A model generated the notes under the pieces. That model was given only the letters and a program-made list of their open reading frames with translations. It was not told the DNA's origin and ran no database searches. A stretch of DNA of 64,000 bases from Podarcis pityusensis (lineage: Eukaryota). The position numbers and the translations under genes were made by a program. Below, piece after piece: positions 55,937 to 64,000 of the stretch (the first letter of the stretch is position 1; each line of letters starts with the position of its first letter). The DNA is taken from the NCBI GenBank assembly GCA_964106645.2, contig OZ067038.1, one strand, 5' to 3'.

Positions 55937-55982
<46 letters not shown>
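55937..55982. repeat. (GA)23 microsatellite in intron 1
   Basis: Perfect dinucleotide run read directly. Confidence 0.97.
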
Positions 55983-55984
<2 letters not shown>

Positions 55985-56247
55985 CGCTAGGCGCGTAGAA
56001 AGGAGCCGGCCATAGGGGTGAGGTGTTTGAAAGAAGGCTTTCCTAGAGAGTCGCCTGGGAGCCGTGGCTTCGCGGTGGGTCGGTCCTGTTCGACGGCAAC
56101 TTAAGGAATCTTTCGGGAGCCGGCCAGGTGCAGGGCGCGCGCGGGAAAGGAAGAGAAATGGGCGCGTGACAGGAGCCTGGTTTCTGCGGGGGGGGGGGGA
56201 GAGGAGAAGCATGTTGTGGGGAGACGTCACTGGCCCCAAAGACTCAC

Positions 56248-56422
56248 CTCTATCCTCCAGCTCTTCACTGAACTGCACGTCCTCCCCGACGCGCAGCGTC
56301 TCCGCTGGCTGCGGGTCCCGGGCCGGGTAGGCTGGCGGGGGAGTGGTCCCGGGGGGCTGCACGATGGTGGGCTCGGGGAAGCTGTTGCTGCCGCCGCCCA
56401 GTTCGTCTCCGGACGTCTCCAT
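56248..56422 (-). CDS. TMEM163: TMEM163 coding exon 1 (175 nt; Pro-rich cytosolic N-terminus)
   Basis: ATG at 56422 in strong Kozak context (CCAACTATGG); ends GAG GAT AGA G|gtgagt. QFSEELEDR resembles human QFSDGLEDR. Confidence 0.92.
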
Positions 56423-58254
56423 AGTTGGGCAAGGCGGCAGAGAAAGCAGAGCAAAGGAAGAAGAGGGCGAGGCGGCAGGGGACGCCAAGCCGGGGAAAAG
56501 GCGGGCTCGCGCGGGGAAAGAGACGCCGAGGCTTCCTTCTCACGAGCCAGGCATGCAGCGAGCGAAAGTGGCCGTCGCCTCGCCTCGCCCTGGTCGCTCC
56601 TCCTCGCACATCAACTGCAGGTGGGACCCGCCGGCGGCCTCCCCGGTCGCTCGGCTCCTCCCACCGTCCTCGAGGCGGACGAGAGCGCGCCCAAACTCCC
56701 CTCCCCGAGCTCCGGCGTCGGAGGGGCTCAAGAGCTGGCGGCGTCTCTCCACACTCGGAGTCCCAACAAGCCTTGCCTAAAACCTCCCGTTAGCCGAAGC
56801 CAATGCTAGGCTGCAGTTAGCAGGAGACACTACACCTCGTGTTAGCACGAGTCTGAGCTCCCACCCGCATCATGGGAAGTTTATGTTTAATTCAACTTGT
56901 GCGCTGCCCTATTATCGAAAGAGGTCTCGGTCGCGGCTGGTGGAAGCAGCGCGCTCAACCCGCAGCCACCCTTTTTAAAATGCTATAAATTAGAGGAGGA
57001 GGAGGAGGGCTTTCCGGGCGTGTGGGGATTGTAGCAGCGATTGCGGTTTAAATAAAAACAAAAAACTACCTCAGCCCGAGCTTGCTTGTTTAAAGAGATG
57101 CAGCGCAATCTATAGTATGTTTACTCGCAAGTAGGTTTGGTTGAGCTCAGTGGGGCTTACTACCTAATTTTAGGGTTGCAGACTTACCAAGGAGTAAGGC
57201 TGCACTCCTAACCCTATCTACCTGGGAATAAACCCCGCTAAATTCAACAGGACTTTGAAGTGATGGTTAGGATTGTGGTGTAAGCCCCACTGAATACAGT
57301 TCTTCCCAGTAATCCTGAAAATCGCAAATCTTGAGCCATCCCATTCCCAACACCTCTTGCTTCATAGATTGGTAATCCTTAGAAATTTTGATATGTAGCT
57401 GTACAGCTTTGGCCAGAACTCAATACGGCAAAAACCAATCCTAGAAAATGGATGTCTATATAGGTAGGTTTGAGGCCTCATAGTGGTATACAGTCTGATT
57501 TTGTTGAGACACCATCCCTATTTGCAAACATTCACTTAGAGGGGAGGAATGGTAAGGGTAGCGCCAAGTGTTCCCCCTTCTAAATTCATATACATAATGG
57601 GTGTGTGACACATGAAAAAGACCACAAGATTATACCTGAATTGCAGGATATGAAGCACACCTTCTGACCCCAGCTGCTATGGAGGTCAGACATGTGGAAG
57701 GGGTGAGAAACAACTGTGATTCCTGCTGCTCCATTGCATAAGCAAAAATGTCCACACGCTGTTAAGGACTTCCTAAGGTGAGTTAATGTGATGTTCAGAA
57801 AAATACCTGTTAAAAAAGTTCTCAGCCACAGAATGGTCCCAACTGTCTAGATTTGTGGGTGGCTAAACATTTTTCTATAGCCTGTGTGATGGGTTAGCCT
57901 TATCCACTCAGGAAAATGCATCACAAAGGCAATAGGAAAAGGGGGGCTACATATAGGGACTAGTGAGTAAGCCCACAAAATAAGTGACTATTGGAAGGGA
58001 CTGAAGCAGGCAAGGCTGCTGATGGACAAGTAGAAGGATAGGATGGTGGGTTGGGCAAGACCAGCAGGGTCTCCAGACCTTTGGCTCGCATTAAAACAGG
58101 AAAAAGTCAGTTATACATTTTTGAAGAAAGTTACGAGTCCTAAAACCTGACTCATTTGAAATAAATTAGGTTTCCTCCCTATTGGGGGAGGGGAATGCAA
58201 TATTACAGTCACTTCTTACCAATTTTTCATCACTTAGCTGTTGTTTATTAATAT

Positions 58255-58561
58255 AAGGTAAAGGGACCCCTGACCATTAGGTCCAGTCGTGACCGACTCT
58301 GGGGTTGCGACGCTCATCTCGCTTTATTGGCCGAGGGAGCCGGCATACAGCTTCCGGGTCATGTGGCCAGCATGACTAAGCCACTTCTGGCAAACCAGAG
58401 CAGCGCACGGAAATGCAGTTTACCTTACCGCCGGAGCGGTACCTATTTATCTATTTGCACTTTGACGTGCTTTCGAGCTGCTAGGTTGGCAGGAGCAGGG
58501 ACTGAGCTACAGGAGCTCACCCCGTCGCGGGGATTCAAACCGCCGACCTTCTGATCGGCAA
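58255..58561 (-). mobile_element. Sauria SINE, 5'-truncated
   Basis: Collinear and highly similar to the 40138-40470 copy. Confidence 0.92.
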
Positions 58562-58879
58562 TTCGTGTAACCTTAAATAGTAATTGTTTGGTTTTAGCCA
58601 CTATGGTAGAATGTTATCAAACAATTACCATAGTTGCTAAAACCTCAAGTCTGAGAACTTTATGGCAAAACCAAACATAAATAGATAATCTGACCTATAT
58701 ACAACCAAAGTCTGCTAAAATAAAAGGGCTTTTAGTAACAGCAAGAAAGGGAGCCAACCAAACTTCATGGGTCAAAATATTCCATAATCAAGGTGCAACC
58801 ACTGAGAAGACTGTTTCATCCCACTTAAACATTCTTCTACCCAAGTGGAACCCAGAGAAGACCCTTTCCATCCAATTTT

Positions 58880-59260
58880 CAGCAGGCAGGGTGATATGGA
58901 AGGAAGCAATCTGGACTTATGTCATTTAGGGCTTTGGAGGTAATTGCCAATGCTTTGAATTGTGCCAGGAAAGAAGTTGGTAATCAGTACAATGTGATCT
59001 CAGAGGTATGCACTCACCAGCGTCCTTGCAATTGCATACGGGACCATTTGAAGCTTCTCAAGACTTTTCAAATAAAGCCCCATGTACTGTGTGTTTAATT
59101 AATCCAACCTAGTTGTACCTAAGGCATGTTTTTTCATGCAAAGTTCTAGCCTCCTCAGAAATGAGCATAGCTGGTCAAATGCTCCTGGCTACATCCTCTA
59201 TCTGGTCTTCCATTTGTAAAACTGAGCCCCAAACACGCCCACACCAGATTGTAATTACTC
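58880..59260 (-). mobile_element. Old L2 remnant
   Basis: TTTAGGGCTTTGGAGGT...CTTTGAATTGTGCC is similar to the L2 copy near 14270-14310. Confidence 0.5.
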
Positions 59261-59682
59261 CCAAACAAGCTGAAACACTATTCCAGAGACTGTCTCTTTC
59301 TTTAGCATTTTTAGATGGTACTTAATACATACCAGGATTAATAAAATGTTTTCAACATTTGAAATGCATGGTTTTCCCCTCAGATTGTTGGAAAGGGTAA
59401 TTGGAATTATTTCACAGATTTATGCACTTTAACTTAGTAATGAACCCTTTAACACCTTAAAATTCCTGGTATAAAATATTTGTTTTGGATATTAGGTGAA
59501 TACAGAAATGGCTTTTAAAGGGTCTGTATCTGGCAAAAAAAGGCTAAGGCATGTGTCTCTCAATCTATTTCCTATTGCTGTAACAAAATTATAATAATTA
59601 TAATTTATTTATACTGCCCTAGTCTCTGTCCTCCTATCCAGCAACACGAGAAAGGTTCTTGTCCATTGTCTCTGAAGTCAGC

Positions 59683-59739
59683 CTTAACTACGGGTCCTAT
59701 TTATGACTGAACACAGGCGGCTTTGATTGAGCTGAATAA
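59683..59739 (+). pseudogene. ND3: NUMT: 3' end of mitochondrial ND3
   Basis: In the mitochondrial code, with a 1-nt deletion, reads LTTGPIYDWT(Q)GGFDWAE*, matching the typical ND3 C-terminus LxxGLIYEWxQGGLEWAE. Confidence 0.85.
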
Positions 59740-59805
59740 GGAGTTAGTCTAACCAACGACCACTAATTTCGACTTAGTAAATTCTGACCACATCAGAACC
59801 CCTGA
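59738..59805 (+). pseudogene. NUMT: mitochondrial tRNA-Arg(TCG)
   Basis: Anticodon stem ACTAA/TTAGT with loop TT-TCG-AC (TCG 59769-59771); T arm TCTGA/TCAGA; sits between ND3 and ND4L as in vertebrate mtDNA. Confidence 0.88.
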
Positions 59806-59806
59806 C

Positions 59807-60042
59807 ATGTCAACAGTCCTCTTTTTATTAAATACATCATTTCTGCTGAGCCTTTTAGGGTTATCCTTCCATTGAATCCACTTTATGTCCATCCTAATCT
59901 GTACTGAGGGTATAATATTAGCCCTGTACCTAATTATAGCCATATTTACCTCAATACCAACACTCCAACAATTGCTATTATACCAATTCTACTCCTAGCA
60001 ATATCCGCCTTTGAAGCTGCAACAGGCCTCACCCTTCTAGTC
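59807..60042 (+). pseudogene. ND4L: NUMT: mitochondrial ND4L, 3'-truncated and frameshifted
   Basis: Mito-code translation MSTVLFLLNTSFLLSLLGLSFHWIHFMSILICTEGMMLALYLIMAMFT, 1-nt deletion near 59952, then NTNTPTIAIMPILLLAMSAFEAATGLTLLV. EGMML and EAAxGLxLLV are ND4L hallmarks. Confidence 0.93.
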
Positions 60043-60114
60043 AGTTTTGTCTTCCATCTGGTAGGGGAAAACTAAGAAATGTCCAGTTTATGCCTTTTCC
60101 AGGCTTGAATATGT

Positions 60115-60243
60115 GGTTAGATTGCTCAATTGGTAGCACTTGATCTCAGGAGCCTTATACTAGGCAAAAAGATTTCTGTATTGCATGGAGTTAGACTAGA
60201 TGACCCTCATAGTCCCTTCCATCTTTGCAATTCTATGATCTGT
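60115..60243 (+). mobile_element. Degenerate tRNA/CR1-tail SINE (Squam3-like)
   Basis: GCTCAATTGGTAG head; GACTAGATGACCCTCATAGTCCCTTCC...TTCTATGAT tail. Confidence 0.6.
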
Positions 60244-61207
60244 GTACTGTTTTCTGCCTAAGTGCAGACTAATCAAACCTCAAAGATCCTCTCTTATGGA
60301 GGCTAATCTCATCCACACACACTTCCTAGTACTCAGATTTAAAATAAATAGTTTGAAGTGGACTTCTGTTTACCTTCAGCTGAAGCTAGTCAGGATCAGG
60401 TCCCAAGTACTCGTCAATTATTTTATTATTTGATACATCAACTAAATATTTGTGATTTGATTGTTAGCAGTTATTAGATGTGAAGAATAAAGAAAAGTGG
60501 GTTTAAAAATAAATGTAGTTCAAATCCATCCTGTTGAGCTTGTCTGAATGAGGCTGTGGATGGTTTTCTAAAGTCAGCAATTTTCATTAATGGCAGAACT
60601 TCGGCAATGCTTTTACAGCAGTCATTTGGGACCGTTTGTTAGTGACTATTACAACAATGGCTTAAATATATATAATATCTCTTAATCCTAAATACTAATC
60701 CTTGAGATACATTCAGCTGAGCTTTCAAATATAAGTTTATTAAATAGGGAAATGGAATCGAGGAAAAAAACATTAAGGTTGAGCTAGGAGCTGGTTTGTT
60801 TTAAATTTTCAAAGACCTGTGCATATTAAATGTTTATTTGGTGCGGGGGGGGGGGGGGCTGTTGACCAGTGGGACAAATATTCCTTGTGAAAGGATGCAA
60901 GTGTAAATATATGGTGACTGTGTTCTTTATTACATATATTGCTGTTAGTATTGCAGTATTTCCCTTCATATAGGAGGAAGACACTAAAGCAGGTTCAGGG
61001 AGCCTGTGGCTTTCCAGAAGCTGCTGGACTACAACTCCCATAATTCCTGAGCATTGGCCACACTTGACTGGGGCTGATGGAGGTTGCCTTCCACCCCACC
61101 AGCCCCAATGGGCACCTGCCACTGCCTAGGAGTAAGCCCCACTGAACCCAATTGGACTTACTTCTTAGTAGACATGTATAGGATTGCACTCTGTGCTGTG
61201 CCTATAC

Positions 61208-61343
61208 CAGGCTTCCTCAACCTCGGCCCTCTAGATGTTTTTGGCCTACAACTCCCATGATCCCTAGCTAGCAGGACCAGTGGTCAGGGATGATGGGAAT
61301 TGTAGTCTCAAAACATCTGGAGGGTTGAGGTTGAGGAAGCCTG
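61208..61343. mobile_element. Palindromic hAT MITE (136 bp)
   Basis: CAGGCTTCCTCAACCTC...GAGGTTGAGGAAGCCTG; TSD GCCTATAC/GTCTATAC. Confidence 0.9.
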
Positions 61344-61388
61344 GTCTATACAAAGGACTATAACAGATTGCATCCGTATGTATGTAAT

Positions 61389-61558
61389 CGTTTCCGTGTG
61401 CTGCGCTGGTGCTGGCTCGCCAGCTGCAGCTTCGTCATGCTGGCCACGTGACCCAGAAGTGTCTTCGGACGGCGCCAGCTCACGGCCTCTAGAGCGAGAT
61501 GAGCACGCAACCCTAGAGTCGGACACAACTGGCCCATACGGGCAGGGGTACCTTTACC
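61389..61558 (+). mobile_element. Sauria SINE 3' half (different subfamily)
   Basis: GTCATGCTGGCCACGTGACC core, GGGGTACCTTTACC tail; 12-bp TSD TATGTATGTAAT at 61377-61388 and 61559-61570. Confidence 0.88.
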
Positions 61559-63327
61559 TATGTATGTAATACTTACTATACACCTATAAAAAAAACTCTC
61601 AAGGTGTCATACAATGAAGTTGTGATGGACACAAGTAATTTTACTCTCAAAACCAGTTGCAAACATGTCACAGCATGCCACTGAGGGGTTGACTACATCA
61701 TAGTAGTAGCAAGATTTTAACAAGTCTTGACTTACCAGGAAAAGGTCTGCTGGAGAACACTGAGTGGCTTGTGAAGAAAAAAATGCATCTTCAACCATCA
61801 TCACAGCCATGGAGTAATCTTAATGATGAGCTCATACCAATGTTCAGTTGTGTTCCCTCCACTTGGATTCCAGATGTTTCCAACTTGGAGTGGTGACTTG
61901 TGCCCATTGGAACTGGTGGGCTGGAAGACAGAAAGCCCAACAGTAGATGGAGCCAGAGCCAATGACAGGCACATTCAACTATCTCTAGTTTTGTCCACAT
62001 CTTTCTCCCTGCTGAATTTTATAAGGACAACACTGAGACCAAGGAGGACAATGATAGCCATTGACACCTCCTGGTCAGGCAGATGCAGGGAAGACTGAGG
62101 TTGATGCTCCACTAGCCCCAATGGACCAGCCTGTACTGCCAGTTTGCTTCAATATCCTCAGCTTAAGTGCATACCAAGGAGCAGTAAGGCTCTGCTAAGC
62201 AAGAGATGCTGCTTTGGAGTGATCCTGCCAACCACCTGAGTTATCCCTGTATTCCACAAATCAACCAGAGCTTCAAGAACAGCACCAGCCAATGCAAGCC
62301 AAGCTGGAAGATTCCCTCAGTGCATTCTTAAATTCATCAGAATTTACCAGCTTCCAGGAATGGGCTATCCAAAAATCTGTTATCTTTACTGGATATTTAG
62401 ATTCAGTCTTATGATCAGTGGAGTTTCATTTGTTCCCTAGGAAGAGTTTTGAAGAAGCACATTAAAAGAGAAGGGGGGGAGGCTAGAGGCTGTTATGCAA
62501 GCAAACCAGAAAAAAATTCCCCAGGTGTGTTTTAGAATATGCGTCAGGTAGTTTTCTGTTGACAATTTTTATACAGGTCATTATAATGCAGAGAAACCAA
62601 ATGTTGCATCACAGGTGCCTGAAAATGGTTTGTTTGTCTTTCCACATTGCTCAGTTCCCTAAGAGCACACTTACCACTTTGGTGTATTTTGATGCTAAGT
62701 GGTCAAACAAGTTTATTGCTAGTCATTTACTTTATTTCTTAGGACACTGAAGCAGAAACAGCCCTGATTTGAGGGTGCTAAATGTGCAACATGTTAGTGT
62801 AGTACTTTCTGTTTTTGCCATAAGCAATGAATATGGTGTTTGTCATCCTATCAGCTTACGTTTATTTTTAAAAATGTTTTAAATCTTCATCGTAGTGATT
62901 TTAGATATTATTATTCTCGTTATTATTTCTGCTTCATATTTTTAAGAATAAAACAATCGGTAATTAACAAGAGAAAACATATTGTCTTAAGCATAGAACA
63001 AACCTGCTGCTGTTGCTGCCAATCCTGCCAATGGTGGTTCATGGCAGCTGTAGAAGCTCAAGCTCGATGACCGGGGTCTGCACTAAGAGACAGCCAAGAT
63101 GTTATCAAACTTCGTTAGAGTAACAGGAAATGCAAGTACTGTACATACTGTGCTCCCAGTTAAGTGAGGTTAGGTTATTGTAGCCATACTTCAAGTGGAC
63201 CCATTAAAATCATTGGATTTCAGTTAGCCATTTAAGTCCATTCACTTCACTGGGTCTATATTGAGTCAAATAACACTTCCTGTTTCGCAGTCCATGTCAT
63301 CTGAATTAGGATTTTTTGCAATCTAAC

Positions 63328-63636
63328 TAGGGCCGTCTTACCCATAGGCACTAGGGGTGCAGGGCACCTGGGCGCTGGGCTCTCAGGGGCGCTAGGCCAA
63401 GAGTCCGGGGCCCGAGAGTTGAGTCCGGGGAAGAGCCCGTCCATCAGTTGGAGCGCCGTGGCGGGCTCTTCTGCTCAGGCAGCTCTGCACCGGGAGTTTG
63501 GGGGCGACTGAGCCAGCAAGACGCTGAGGCAGCTGGCCAGCTCCCCCCTCCTGCACACCTGGGACTGGGCAACCTGGGAGGGGGGTGCCAGCTGGATCTT
63601 TGCACCCCAGTGCCGCATATGCTTAAGACAGCCCTG
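63328..63636. mobile_element. GC/CpG-rich non-autonomous hAT element (309 bp)
   Basis: TIRs AGGGCCGTCTTA/TAAGACAGCCCT; perfect 8-bp TSD AATCTAAC at 63320-63327 and 63637-63644. Confidence 0.88.
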
Positions 63637-64000
63637 AATCTAACACAAGGAGAGTGAAATGTGCAAGCACCTGATGCAGAAACAATATCTCCTTTCACTG
63701 CAACAGAGCTTTTAAAGAACAAACATCTCCAGTTATGAACAGATACTACAAAGGCCAATTGAGTACTTTGCTCGAGGGACCTCACATGCAATCAACTTAA
63801 TTTATTTTAGTGGTCACTGTGAAATGTAAAAAATAAAATAAAAATCCAAACATGAGCTCTGGGCGTTGTTTGAGAAACTGGGTTGGTATTATATTAGCTC
63901 TAGAAATTAAATATCAAGTGTGGCATAACTGAGAAAGTTTGACATAACATTATGAACCTCAGAAAAATGGGCTGTCACAGAAAAACCCTTTAATTTTTTT

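Larger units (their letters stand above)
3609..56422 (-). other. TMEM163: TMEM163 gene, 5' part (coding exons 1-5; continues beyond left edge)
   Basis: Spliced exons translate to METSGDELGG...QFSEELEDRGLLESSTRLKPHEAQSYRKKALWVSWASIIVTLALAVAAFTVSVMRYSASSFGFAFDATLDVLSSVIVLWRYSNAAAVHSAHREYIACVILGVIFLLSSLCIVIKAIHDLAIKLLPEV, which I recognise as vertebrate TMEM163. Introns are 3525, 37841, 1443 and 9477 bp, all GT-AG. Confidence 0.97.
55860..57110. promoter_or_regulatory. CpG island / TMEM163 promoter and exon 1 region
   Basis: Abrupt rise in GC and CpG density against a CpG-depleted, AT-rich background; spans the start codon. TSS cannot be located from sequence alone. Confidence 0.88.

Noticed and set aside
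55856-56809. Many long overlapping ORFs on both strands (e.g. 197 aa +, 210 aa -)
   Set aside because: Expected from stop-codon scarcity in a CpG island. Only 56248-56422 (-) matches a known protein, and the 210-aa ORF runs through the splice donor into the GA repeat.
57201-57207. Metal-response element core TGCACTC upstream of a zinc-transporter gene
   Set aside because: Single 7-mer inside a repeat copy, with no MRE cluster or GC-rich flank.
59738-59805. Functional nuclear tRNA-Arg gene
   Set aside because: Mitochondrial-type structure with no Pol III B box and acceptor-stem mismatches; part of the NUMT.
57100-64000. First exons of ACMSD, the usual upstream neighbour
   Set aside because: No MKIDIHxHILP-like coding sequence seen.
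1-64000. Prokaryote-type systems (CRISPR arrays, operons, defence islands)
   Set aside because: Spliced vertebrate gene and eukaryotic repeats throughout; no regularly spaced repeat-spacer array seen.

Overview
AT-rich vertebrate nuclear DNA, almost certainly from a squamate reptile and probably a lacertid lizard (Sauria SINEs, squamate-type LINE tails, lizard-like mitochondrial ND4L). The window holds the 5' part of TMEM163, a CDF/ZnT-like zinc transporter, on the minus strand. Coding exons 1-5 lie at 56248-56422, 52603-52722, 14718-14761, 13183-13274 and 3609-3705, all with GT-AG junctions that join in one open frame; later exons should lie left of the window. A CpG island covers exon 1. 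The rest is intronic or intergenic DNA with many transposon remnants (L1, L2, CR1, BovB/RTE, Penelope-like, Sauria and tRNA/CR1 SINEs, hAT/Tc1/Harbinger MITEs, a probable solo LTR). Most notable: a mitochondrial insertion (ND3 end, tRNA-Arg, ND4L) about 3.3 kb upstream of the start codon; a family of ~136-bp hairpin hAT MITEs whose arms co-vary; an apparent tRNA-Asp/5S/CR1 chimeric retroposon; a young L1 with an 18-bp TSD; and a PPxY motif plus an in-frame uORF at the TMEM163 5' end. I found no convincing novel multi-gene system, and nearly all short ORFs in the track look like chance ORFs. Repeat family names come from recognition, not database searches; boundaries without TSDs are approximate.
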